IMG/VR virus record: IMGVR_UViG_3300045988_171772
Coordinates: 32,001-96,000 of that record
DNA from: a virus
Strand: one strand, 5' to 3'
Length of the DNA: 64,000 nucleotides
A model generated the notes under the pieces. The model was given only the letters and a program-made list of their open reading frames with translations. It made no database searches and had not been told where the DNA came from. Below, in pieces: positions 1 to 9,098 of this stretch. How positions within the stretch are numbered: the first letter of the stretch is position 1; every line of letters begins with the position of its first letter. Both the position numbers and the translations under genes were made by a program.

Positions 1-315
1 TTGAGAGAAGTAGAAGCAGAAGATAATGAGACTCCTATTCCTCTGAATGTATCTGTAGAAGTCAATAAAGAGACTGCAGATATGAAGGTAAATAAGACCA
101 CCTATGTAGATAAGGTGGAGAATAAGGAGCTTGCTAAAGTAAGAAAGATGATTACTGACTTTGCTATGGCTCCTACTACCAAGAAGAAAGAGCTTGCGAA
201 TAAGATCTACTACTATGTGATTGATCACAATGTAGATATTGATCTCAGTAAATATCGTATGATCTGGAAATTGGTAGATAAACCCTTTATCACTTCCAAG
301 AAGGAAGAGAAATAA
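1..315 (+). CDS. hypothetical protein, C-terminal fragment (gene begins upstream of window)
   Basis: Frame open from window edge to TAA 313-315; stem-loop follows at 321-364. Confidence 0.55.
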   Translation: MREVEAEDNETPIPLNVSVEVNKETADMKVNKTTYVDKVENKELAKVRKMITDFAMAPTTKKKELANKIYYYVIDHNVDIDLSKYRMIWKLVDKPFITSKKEEK

Positions 316-320
316 AAATT

Positions 321-364
321 AAACCGTAATGATGATAGTGACAAATACTACATCATTACGGTTT
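321..364 (+). terminator. stem-loop terminator
   Basis: AAACCGTAATGATG...CATCATTACGGTTT inverted repeat followed by T-rich run. Confidence 0.6.
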
Positions 365-464
365 TTCTTCCTATACATGGTTGATGATTCTAATATGACC
401 GAAATTAATGGAGGATGCGGAGGGGCTATTCTTTTTGAATCAGTCTAACCATAAGAAGAAATAA

Positions 465-503
465 AACCCCGTAATGACGAAATAAAAACGTCATTACGGG
501 GTT
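465..503 (-). terminator. stem-loop terminator downstream of 537..1244
   Basis: AACCCCGTAATGACG...CGTCATTACGGGGTT; T-run on minus strand. Confidence 0.6.
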
Positions 504-536
504 ATTTAGGATTTAAATTGTGTCAGTCCCAAGTAA

Positions 537-1244
537 TCAGGACAGAACATCGTCGGCCTTCTTGTTCAGCTTCTGAGCCTGCTCACGCTTCTTCATGGCG
601 ATGACACCCTTCTGGGCGGCCTTGTTCAGCATGGAGGTGCACTTGTTGATCAGCTTTCCAGTGGCCTTGGCTTCGTCGTTCAGGGTCTTCACGTCGGCGC
701 TCTCAGGCTTGCGCAGAGCATTCTGCAGCTTGGTGTTGGTCTTGATGCCGATAGACAGAACGGCCTTGGTGATGCAAGCCAGCTGCTCAGCGTCGACCTT
801 ACCATCGGCAGAAATGCCATTGAGTTCGAGGCCAGCCTGACGGGCCAGAGTGTTCAGTTCATCAGCATTGTCGATGGTGATAGTGTTGTCACGGATGGCT
901 TTCGCCCTGTCGCTCAGCTCACCCTTCTTGTTCTTCTGGAAGTAGGTCTTGTCGATGGATTTCTGGGTGTTCTTGAAGATGATGCCACGGACCATGGCCT
1001 GGAAACGCATCAGCAGTCTCTTGAACTAATCGGCAACCTTCTTCATTTCATCGCACATCTTAGATGCCTTGGAGAAATATTTGTAAGCCTCACTGAATAC
1101 TCCAAGTTTGTATGCTTTGACTGCATACTTTGTCATTTTGCGCATCTCATAAACCCGAGGGTCTTTGATCAGCTTGGCTGTATCCATGTTGTATCCTTCT
1201 TCAACAGGATCCAGAAACTCAAGCACAGTATCAAAATTGTCCAT
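537..1244 (-). CDS. alpha-helical paralog family A member (P1), interrupted by one in-frame TAG at 1026-1028
   Basis: ORFs 1026..1244 and 537..1010 are in the same frame, separated only by TAG plus 5 codons. The fused product aligns with paralogs at 4540..5202 and 5307..6065: KKVAD*FKRLLMRFQAMVRGIIFK vs KKIATWFKNLLIKFKAMIRKIVFK. Confidence 0.55.
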
Positions 1245-1471
1245 ATTCTATATATCTCATTTGAAATAGATCTATTCCTAATTATTAGGCAAATAGATCT
1301 CTGAACCATAAATGATCTGGGTCCCTTCTCACCCAGTAACAAAAAAGTAGGAATTTGAAACTGATTCATTTATGAATCAGAGAGAAAGCATTTTCTCCTC
1401 TATATATCTATTTGATTTATATATGTATCAAAAGAATTCATGTATTTTTCTTATAAAGGAGAATTCTCGTT

Positions 1472-2617
1472 ATGAATGAATTAGATATTGTATTGGAGTC
1501 TTATGAGACTACATCTGAGATTTATAGATCCGATATGGAGAATTCCATTGTATGCGAATCTCTGTGCCTTCCTGCTGAGGAAGGAGTTGTAGATGCAGTC
1601 AAGAAGACCGTTACGGCTATCTACGATAAATTCAAGAGATTGGTAGCAGCGTTTAAGAAGTGGGTTAAGAGCATTATTGCTCGTATCAAGGCTTTCTTTA
1701 GGAAAGGTAAGAAAAAAGATGAGCCTGCTTCTGATACTGATTCTTCAGATTCTAAATCTTCAGAACCTCCTTCTTCTGTGAAAGTAACACAGGAAGATGC
1801 AAAAGAAGATGTATCTAAGCTTCAGAATATTATCAAACAAGCGGATGCTGTGGAAACTAGTCTGAAGAAAGCTTCTACAGGTGAAGTTACTCCTGAAGAA
1901 GCAAAAGATCTGAATAAACAGGCGGATGATGCAGCTTCTGAAATGAAGGAAGCTAAAAAGACTATGGAAGTCAAATATCTAATTCTTCCTGCTAATTCTG
2001 AATCTGGGAATACAAAAGATACAGAAACCGATCAGTCTCTTGAAGAAAGGCATAATAATTACTTGAAAGCTCTTAACGATTCTAAAGATTCAAAGGATCC
2101 TACCAAGCCGACAGCGAGCGATTTTGCTGGTATGAATAAAGTCGTTAGCGAAATTGCCTCTAAAGATCCGTTTAAATTAGGAGATGCTGATTACAAAGAT
2201 CGTGGAGCGACTTGGCAGTTTATTTCCAGATGCGGGGAAATTGAAGCTGGAGGAAAGAAGTCTTTTGGATGGATTAATGCATCCGTGAGAGAACTCGTTA
2301 GACGTATATTGAGAGTTATGGATAGCGAGAATCCAAATTATAAGAGTGCGCAACTTATGCTGTCCTATATGCAATCCAGAATTCCATCCCAGCTTCAAAA
2401 GTATATCAATTCTAATAAGAATCAAGTTGCTAAACTTAAGAAAGGCCTGGCTAATTACCAGAAAAAGCCTCTTGATGTCGATAAATATAAAGAGTATGCT
2501 GGTTTTGCAAAAGCACAGGGCATCCAAGTGTATACCAAAGAAATTTTCGAGGGTGAACCTAATATGCAAAACCTGAAGAAATTCATTAAGGCTAAGGAGC
2601 AAACTAATCAATCTTAA
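1472..2617 (+). CDS. paralog family member (P2), N-terminus MNELDIVLE; frame stays open past TAA 2615-2617 to TAA 2864-2866
   Basis: AAAGGAG RBS before ATG 1472; helix KKTVTAIYDKFKRLVAAFKKWV resembles family A; the terminator hairpin lies only after 2866. Confidence 0.75.
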   Translation: MNELDIVLESYETTSEIYRSDMENSIVCESLCLPAEEGVVDAVKKTVTAIYDKFKRLVAAFKKWVKSIIARIKAFFRKGKKKDEPASDTDSSDSKSSEPPSSVKVTQEDAKEDVSKLQNIIKQADAVETSLKKASTGEVTPEEAKDLNKQADDAASEMKEAKKTMEVKYLILPANSESGNTKDTETDQSLEERHNNYLKALNDSKDSKDPTKPTASDFAGMNKVVSEIASKDPFKLGDADYKDRGATWQFISRCGEIEAGGKKSFGWINASVRELVRRILRVMDSENPNYKSAQLMLSYMQSRIPSQLQKYINSNKNQVAKLKKGLANYQKKPLDVDKYKEYAGFAKAQGIQVYTKEIFEGEPNMQNLKKFIKAKEQTNQS

Positions 2618-2870
2618 TATAATAAATTTACCATAGAGGTCAATTCGCTTAATAAAGAGATTTCCAGAATTGGAACCAAAAAAGACCCGGAATATGAGTT
2701 TATATCCGATGATGTTAAGTCAAACCCTGATCGTGCTGAGAGATTTAACAATCGTCGCAAATTCCAGTTAATGATTCGGATTTTCAAGTATCAGCCGAAT
2801 ATGAAAAACCTGAATACCATTATCTCTATGGTAAATAACGATAATTCCATCATTCATTTGATCTAACGCA

Positions 2871-2923
2871 AAATATACGCATATGAAACCTTCTATTTTG
2901 AAGATATTCATATGCGTATATTT
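2871..2923. terminator. bidirectional stem-loop between convergent genes
   Basis: AAATATACGCATATGAA...TTCATATGCGTATATTT, 17-bp arms. Confidence 0.6.
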
Positions 2924-3666
2924 CATTTCCCAGAAGATACTTTGGTTACCTTGGTAGCGTCACCATTCTTTTTATTCTCTTTATCGAGGGCCATCTTATT
3001 GGATTGCGCAGTATTGAGAATGGAGATGACTTCTTTAATAGCCTCGGTAGTCTTCTTCGCTCTGAATCGTAACCATCTGGGATAATCCTTTTCATCGAGT
3101 TTGTATTTCTCCATGAATTCTCTAGCCGGGTTGGACTTTCCAGAGATGATATTCACCAAAGCTTCATCAAGATACTGAGCATTCTTAAAGAGATTCTGAA
3201 GATAATGTGCGATCGACTGTACAGGAACTTTGCACATATCATCTTCCGCAAATCTCTCATCGGATTTCTCCGTGTAATAGTTATCATCGAATCCCTTAAG
3301 ATCCAGATTGTCAAAGACTTTCTCAAGTCTATCGACTTCTTCTGTGGAGATGAGAATGGTAACTCCATAGAGATCATTGATGAGCCTTCTTGATTTCTTC
3401 TGACGGTGCTTCCGAATAAAACTGCGGATGAATACTTCGAATTTGACCAATGCTGTATGGAAGGCCTGCTGAATCTTCTTAAAGGTCTTCTTGATCGTAT
3501 CCATAGCAGATTCAATCGCAATGGAGGTATCATATCCTTCGATAAGATACCCTACTTCTGTAAGCCTGTAATATGTCTCTTCTGCATTCTGGCATTCCAA
3601 CTCTTCATTTCTGGAAAGAGTGAATTCCAGAGCAGTATAGAGATCTTGAGCTTCTGAATAGAGCAT
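2923..3666 (-). CDS. alpha-helical paralog family A member (P3)
   Basis: 247-aa ORF; MLYSEAQDLY N-terminus, AIESAMDTIKK..QQAFHTALVKF helix, Lys-rich tail shared with P4-P6. Confidence 0.8.
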   Translation of the reverse strand: MLYSEAQDLYTALEFTLSRNEELECQNAEETYYRLTEVGYLIEGYDTSIAIESAMDTIKKTFKKIQQAFHTALVKFEVFIRSFIRKHRQKKSRRLINDLYGVTILISTEEVDRLEKVFDNLDLKGFDDNYYTEKSDERFAEDDMCKVPVQSIAHYLQNLFKNAQYLDEALVNIISGKSNPAREFMEKYKLDEKDYPRWLRFRAKKTTEAIKEVISILNTAQSNKMALDKENKKNGDATKVTKVSSGK

Positions 3667-3792
3667 GATCTAATTCATACCCTCCTCTCTAGTATACTTG
3701 CTTACTTCAATGTCCGGATATATTCCTATGCATATGATAATAAACTCTACGATGGAACTATAACGATTCCATCGTAGAGTATGAAGCGAATC

Positions 3793-4512
3793 TTATTGAT
3801 CTTTCTTTTCTTCTGATTTACCTTTTGATTTCGCGTTCTTCTTCGCAGCTTTCTGGGCATCAACAGTCTGTTTCTGAATCGTAAGCACATAAATATTCAG
3901 GAAGTTGATGGTGAGGTTGATCGCTTTTGTACACTTATTGGCATCATCACGAAGCTTCTTTGTATCAACCTCGGGATCCGGATTATCCAGCCAATCTTCG
4001 AGATTTCCATCAATCTCGGATGCTTTTGTTGTGATATCACGAATGTTGCGCTTAATTTCAGGAAGCGTAAGGACATGACTGGCATTATAGTCAAATGCAT
4101 TCCCTTGCTTCTCAGTTTTCCAACTGTCTTTCAATTCGACAGTGTTAAAAGCATCTCTCAATTCATAGATTTTGCCGAGAAGAGCAGCAGGAACTTCCAG
4201 TCCGCGATTTCCAAGCAGAAGAATATCGGATGCGAGTTTCTTAGCCTGAGCACGATGCTGGAAGGTACGGACAATAAGCCCAAATTTGATGACCAACTTA
4301 TGGAATGCTTCCTTAACTTTCTTCATGACACTCTTGATAGTATCCAGGGCGCCTTCCATAGCAGAAGAATACTCAGAGTCATGATCGATCAGAGATTCCA
4401 TAGAAACAAGAAATGATACCTTCTGCTGAGCAGATTCGAGAGCTCTTTCTTCAGATTCCTCCAGAGAGAAATTCATACACGAAAAGAGTTCATTTGCTTC
4501 TACGAGGGTCAT
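3793..4512 (-). CDS. alpha-helical paralog family A member (P4)
   Basis: 239-aa ORF; MTLVEANELF, SAMEGALDTIKSVMKKVKEAFHKLVIKF, Lys-rich C-terminus. Confidence 0.8.
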   Translation of the reverse strand: MTLVEANELFSCMNFSLEESEERALESAQQKVSFLVSMESLIDHDSEYSSAMEGALDTIKSVMKKVKEAFHKLVIKFGLIVRTFQHRAQAKKLASDILLLGNRGLEVPAALLGKIYELRDAFNTVELKDSWKTEKQGNAFDYNASHVLTLPEIKRNIRDITTKASEIDGNLEDWLDNPDPEVDTKKLRDDANKCTKAINLTINFLNIYVLTIQKQTVDAQKAAKKNAKSKGKSEEKKDQ

Positions 4513-4539
4513 GAGAAATATCCACCTTTCTTTTATGAA

Positions 4540-5202
4540 TTAGGCATGAGCCGGAAGAGCTTTGATGGTAGTGTCAACCTCTTTGTCTTTACTCTTCGAT
4601 TCAACAACCTCATCTTTGATCGCAGAGTTGATGAATTTGAGGCAAATACGAACAAGCTTCGCATAGCTATTTGCTTTCTTCTTCTCTTCCTTGAGCCAGA
4701 TGTTGATCTGCTGAGGATCTCTAATGATCTGGTCACCAGTAAATTCGGCTTTCAGTTCATTATTGATCTCATTCCCTTTCTGCAGAGCAGTCTTGCAGAT
4801 CTTAGCCAGATCCGTAGCAGTCAGCTTTTCTGGAAGCGATTCCATAGGAGTTTTGAGTTCAGAGAGAGCATCCTTCATGTTATCAAGTTCTTCTTTACTG
4901 ATTGTGATAGCAGTTTTACCAACGTCGCTCTCCAGTTTCTTCAGCTTCTTAGATGAGGCTTTGAAAGTAATGGAACGAATGACAGCCTGAAATCTTGAGA
5001 AGAGGTTCTTGAACCAGGTCGCCAGAGATTTTAAAGCTTCCATAGCAGTTCCATACGCTTCCGTAACAGCTTCATCATTATGATCAAGAAGTCCATCGAA
5101 AGGCATAACCATCATTGCTTCCTGTACAGATTTGTCTGAAAAGAAAGACTCTGCATTCATAGAAGCAAGAGCATAGAGTTCTTTTGCTTCAGTGTATTTC
5201 AT
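4540..5202 (-). CDS. alpha-helical paralog family A member (P5)
   Basis: 220-aa ORF; MKYTEAKELY, TAMEALKSLATWFKNLFSRFQAVIRSITFKA. Confidence 0.8.
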   Translation of the reverse strand: MKYTEAKELYALASMNAESFFSDKSVQEAMMVMPFDGLLDHNDEAVTEAYGTAMEALKSLATWFKNLFSRFQAVIRSITFKASSKKLKKLESDVGKTAITISKEELDNMKDALSELKTPMESLPEKLTATDLAKICKTALQKGNEINNELKAEFTGDQIIRDPQQINIWLKEEKKKANSYAKLVRICLKFINSAIKDEVVESKSKDKEVDTTIKALPAHA

Positions 5203-5306
5203 GATACATATCTCCTTATTAAATAAGCATAAAATGTACTACTAGGTACAGAATCGCATCGTACCTAGTAGTACCTATTTTAAGCAAATTGTTGATTTGC
5301 TAAATC

Positions 5307-6065
5307 TTACTTGACAGGGTTGCCGTTCTTGTCAATGACTTCGACTTCAACAGACTCAGCCTTATCGGCAGCCTTGGCATCGCTGTTCTGAACAACGCCG
5401 GCCTTGACAGCCTTGTTCAGCAGAGAGGTGGCGATCTTCATGGCGCGAGCAACCAGCTTGCAGTTCTCATTCAGATCCTTCACCGAGACATCGGCAGAAG
5501 GGTTCTTCATGGCGTCAGCCAGCTTCTTCTCGCACTCGTCGCCACGGCTGGCAATCATCTTGCACAGGTTGGCCAGAGTCATAGCGTTCATGTTGGCACC
5601 AATGAAACCAGCCTTGATGCCCTTCTCATCCAGAGCCTTGAAGACTTCGTTGTAGCTCTCGACCTCTTCATCGGTCAGATCAACAACGCCCTTGGCAGGA
5701 GCAGCAGATCCAGCAGCCTTGGCATTCTTGGACATCTTGGCAACAGCCTTGTCAGCAGCCTTCACACGAGCCTTGAAGACGATCTTACGGATCATGGCCT
5801 TGAACTTGATCAGCAGGTTCTTGAACCAAGTAGCGATCTTCTTCAGAGTCTCGGTGACAGCATTGGCAGCCTCAGTGGCGATTTCGATATTCTCACTGCG
5901 CAGCTCATCGACATCATCGACGAAAGCGCCCAGAGTGGACTCGAAAGCCATCTGATTGCGGAAGGACTCCTCAGCAGCAATCGCACGCTTGAAAGAATCC
6001 GCATAGGCAACGTCAGGCTCGAAATCCAGGAGACGAGCGTACTCCATCGCTTCAGCGTATTTCAT
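5307..6065 (-). CDS. alpha-helical paralog family A member (P6), GC-rich codon usage
   Basis: 252-aa ORF; MKYAEAMEYA, TLKKIATWFKNLLIKFKAMIRKIVFKA; C-terminal region aligns with P1 (KNPSADVSVKDLNEN vs KPESADVKTLNDE). Confidence 0.85.
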   Translation of the reverse strand: MKYAEAMEYARLLDFEPDVAYADSFKRAIAAEESFRNQMAFESTLGAFVDDVDELRSENIEIATEAANAVTETLKKIATWFKNLLIKFKAMIRKIVFKARVKAADKAVAKMSKNAKAAGSAAPAKGVVDLTDEEVESYNEVFKALDEKGIKAGFIGANMNAMTLANLCKMIASRGDECEKKLADAMKNPSADVSVKDLNENCKLVARAMKIATSLLNKAVKAGVVQNSDAKAADKAESVEVEVIDKNGNPVK

Positions 6066-6108
6066 GTTTGTCAGACTCCTTACTGTATATTTTAGGTAAT
6101 GAAAATTC

Positions 6109-6978
6109 TTAGAACTTCAGAGTGCCATCGGCATTCAGAAGATCGGAACTCTCAGAGACAGACTCCTCAGCAACCTCGAAATCGAAGTCGTCGTTCATCA
6201 TGCTCTCGCAGGAATCCGCATACTCGTTCAGCTCATCCTCAGAGAAAGTGACAGACTCCTTGCAGGACTCTTCCTCAGAATCTTCCTCATCGTCGTCATC
6301 TTCATCGTCAGACTCGTCTTCGTCCTCATCCTCTTCGTCTTCATCAGACTCATCGGAATCGTCGTCTTCCTCGTCCTTGTCCTTCTTGCACTCCTCGTCA
6401 TCAGGATCGCACTCTTCATCCTCAGACTCGGTAACCTTGCACTTCTTCTTCTTAGGAGCACAGACTTCCTCGGCATCGGACAGTTCGGCATCCAGAGACT
6501 CCAGAATAGCTCTCAGCTCAGGATCTTCGATATCCTCATAGCTCTCCTTCGCAGCAGAAGCCTTAGCCAGCTCCTTCTTGCGATCGTTCAGCAGCTTCTT
6601 CAGACCAGACAGATACTTCTGGAAGGCCTGAATCTCATCAGAAGTGACACCGGCCTTGCTCTCAACCACATTGCCGAGCTTGGCATACAGAGTCTTGATC
6701 GGAGACGCGATTGACTTGCTGGCATCTTTGATGGCGGCTTTGAATTCCTTGTCGTCCATAGAACCAGCAGCACGCTTCTTAGCGGCATCGGCCATGGTCT
6801 TCAGGGTTGTATTCACAGCTTTACCAGACTCATTGACAGCCTGCAGTTTAGCATCAACGTCTTCGACGGTCTTCAGACGAGAAACTTTCTTCTGAGCGGT
6901 AGCCAGGAGATCCTCAACAGTCTTCTTCTTGGTGAAGAGACCTTCCTGAGCAACCTGATTGTAGCTTGCTACATTCAT
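6109..6978 (-). CDS. hypothetical protein with extremely acidic, Cys-punctuated C-terminal half
   Basis: 289-aa ORF; a run of about 60 residues almost entirely D/E/S (DEEDDDSDESDEDEEDEDEDESDDEDDDDEEDSEEES); GC-rich codons; plus-strand poly-Ser ORF is its shadow. Confidence 0.8.
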   Translation of the reverse strand: MNVASYNQVAQEGLFTKKKTVEDLLATAQKKVSRLKTVEDVDAKLQAVNESGKAVNTTLKTMADAAKKRAAGSMDDKEFKAAIKDASKSIASPIKTLYAKLGNVVESKAGVTSDEIQAFQKYLSGLKKLLNDRKKELAKASAAKESYEDIEDPELRAILESLDAELSDAEEVCAPKKKKCKVTESEDEECDPDDEECKKDKDEEDDDSDESDEDEEDEDEDESDDEDDDDEEDSEEESCKESVTFSEDELNEYADSCESMMNDDFDFEVAEESVSESSDLLNADGTLKF

Positions 6979-7184
6979 GTTTCAAACCTCCAATATTTGG
7001 ATATTGGTCTTTATAATACAGGACTTGATTGACTTCTAGTGAAAGAAATCACGGGAAACCGTTTAGAATCCCATATTTAAAGCTATGTTTTCTATTTAGA
7101 TTCGTAAGGATTATAAATAATTGCGTATAGGAATCAAATAAATAGCCAATTAGGAATTTCCTAATTGGCTATTATATCCTTAGA

Positions 7185-7775
7185 TCAGGACTTCTGAACT
7201 TCTTTCATCTCGTTGACAACAGCTTCACGCATAGACATCAGATCAGCCAGAAGCTTCCGCATAGTATTCTTCGGATCTTCCTTGACACTCTTGGCGAAGG
7301 CCTTGAGGTTCTCTTCGTTCTCCTTGTCAATCTTCGCATAGTACAGATTCTGGCCAACAAGAGAAGCACTGCTTCCGGCAATCTGACCCACAAAGGCACC
7401 AGTTGTGTTTCCAGTCTTCTTAGCGAAACCCACCGCTCCGGAAAACGACAAAAGATTGCTAAGCATTGCGAGGCCGCAAGCAATCAGAATTTTCTTCACC
7501 CGATCGGAGACGCTTCCAGAAGAAAGAAGATTATTAGCCAGCTTATTGAAAGCTTTGGCAGTATTGTCGATCTCCTTGATACATTTCTTGTAGTAATCGA
7601 CAGCTTCCTTCTTGTAACCTTTCTTAGAGTTTTCTCTCGCCTGAGAAAGGTACTTTTTGGCAGCTTTCATAGATTCGGATGACTTGATGGCCTTGAGGTC
7701 TTCATACTGCTTGGTCATCGTCTTTTCCATATCTTCGGAGTAGGCTTTCTCCATGACAATATCGAAGTTTTCCAT
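7185..7775 (-). CDS. paralog family B member (P8): N-terminal MENFDIVME, central Gly/Ala-rich hydrophobic segment
   Basis: Start moved to ATG 7775 because MENFDIVMEK matches N-termini MNSFDIVMEM (8028), MDNFDTVLEF (1244) and MNELDIVLES (1472). Confidence 0.7.
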   Translation of the reverse strand: MENFDIVMEKAYSEDMEKTMTKQYEDLKAIKSSESMKAAKKYLSQARENSKKGYKKEAVDYYKKCIKEIDNTAKAFNKLANNLLSSGSVSDRVKKILIACGLAMLSNLLSFSGAVGFAKKTGNTTGAFVGQIAGSSASLVGQNLYYAKIDKENEENLKAFAKSVKEDPKNTMRKLLADLMSMREAVVNEMKEVQKS

Positions 7776-8027
7776 ATCATTCACTCTTTCGTGTATAGTT
7801 TTAAAAGTACACTGCATCTTAGATAATGAAGTGCACAGATTACCAGAATGTTTCGATACCTCAGAGGGACAACTACCAATATTCCTGTAATGATTTTATA
7901 GATTACAAGAATATTGGAAGAACTGGACCATTTATGGTCCAGAGATTTTTCTTCTATGGATTCATAATACAGTCCTTTCCTTTTAATAAATAGAAGGATC
8001 GATCTCTTATAAAGGAGAAATGGATAT

Positions 8028-8579
8028 ATGAATTCTTTCGATATTGTAATGGAAATGCTCTCTGATAAGGAAGCATCAAAGTTTAAGAGTAAAGAAGAGG
8101 GATCTAAGAAGCTTCAAGCTGATCTAAAAGAGAAAGTAAAAGAATTCCAGAAAAATGAGAAGATTGCTAGATCCTTAATTAAGAAATACTCCGATGATGC
8201 AACGAATAAGAAATCTGATCATTATAAAGAAATCAAGATCTATGTTGATAATGCTCACAAGGCATTGTCAGACGCTTCTGATCTCTATTTTAAATTCGGA
8301 AGCATTTATCCTATTAACAAAACTGTGGATAAAGCCCCGGAGATTTCCGCTATCATTGGAATCGTCACAAGCTTTTTGATTGTGCCTCTGGTTCTCACAT
8401 TACCAACTACGGCAGTATTGTCTGGAGTTAGAAAGATTTCAGAGAATAAGTGGAAGAAAAAGTATGATGAGTACAAAGCTCTGGCTAAGAGTGACTATGT
8501 AGAGGCTTATAATAAGATGTATGATGACATCAATGAGATGGCAACTGCATTTGTTGATAAGTATGAACCCTGGATCTGA
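8028..8579 (+). CDS. paralog family B member (P9) with predicted TM segment
   Basis: AAAGGAG RBS; 183 aa; hydrophobic IIGIVTSFLIVPLVLTLPTTAVL; C-terminal NKWKKKYDEYK...DKYEPWI motif. Confidence 0.8.
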   Translation: MNSFDIVMEMLSDKEASKFKSKEEGSKKLQADLKEKVKEFQKNEKIARSLIKKYSDDATNKKSDHYKEIKIYVDNAHKALSDASDLYFKFGSIYPINKTVDKAPEISAIIGIVTSFLIVPLVLTLPTTAVLSGVRKISENKWKKKYDEYKALAKSDYVEAYNKMYDDINEMATAFVDKYEPWI

Positions 8580-8600
8580 TGAATTTCATGATTAGATATA

Positions 8601-8645
8601 ATAAATCCACATACTCTGCAAGAATACGAGAGTATGTGGATTTAT
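8601..8645. terminator. bidirectional stem-loop between convergent paralogs
   Basis: ATAAATCCACATACTC...GAGTATGTGGATTTAT, 16-bp arms. Confidence 0.6.
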
Positions 8646-8654
8646 TATATTCAA

Positions 8655-9086
8655 TTATCTCTTATTATAGAAAGGATACTTATTCTCAAAGTCTCCGATA
8701 AGATCTTTGATCTGTCTTTCTACAAGTTCAAGAGACTCCCATACCGAGAGATTCTTCTTCTGCTTGTATTCTACAAGTTTCTCTTTCCACTTATTGTTAT
8801 AGTCAATAATCTCAGTCCTCTTGGAGACAGTTCCTCCAATACCAGTAAGACCTAAACCAACTCCAGCTTCAATCGGAGTGGTTTTATCCTTACGGATCAT
8901 AAGAGTGAGAATGAAGTATACAAATCCAAATACCATTGCAATGGTACTAGCGGTATGAACTTTGGATAGAGCACCTTTATTCTCAGGGACAAGATTAATC
9001 TCGATACATTTCTGAGCATTATAGAGCTCTTCACTGGTCTTCTTGCAGTAGGTATCGGAACTTCGATTGTATCTTCGAAGATTCAA
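8655..9086 (-). CDS. paralog family B member (P10), apparently 5'-truncated (TTG start)
   Basis: 143 aa; hydrophobic core plus NNKWKEKLVEYKQKK...ENKYPFY matches the C-terminus of 8028..8579; lacks the MxxFDIV N-terminal region. Confidence 0.55.
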   Translation of the reverse strand: MNLRRYNRSSDTYCKKTSEELYNAQKCIEINLVPENKGALSKVHTASTIAMVFGFVYFILTLMIRKDKTTPIEAGVGLGLTGIGGTVSKRTEIIDYNNKWKEKLVEYKQKKNLSVWESLELVERQIKDLIGDFENKYPFYNKR

Positions 9087-9098
9087 TCTGTAGTATCA

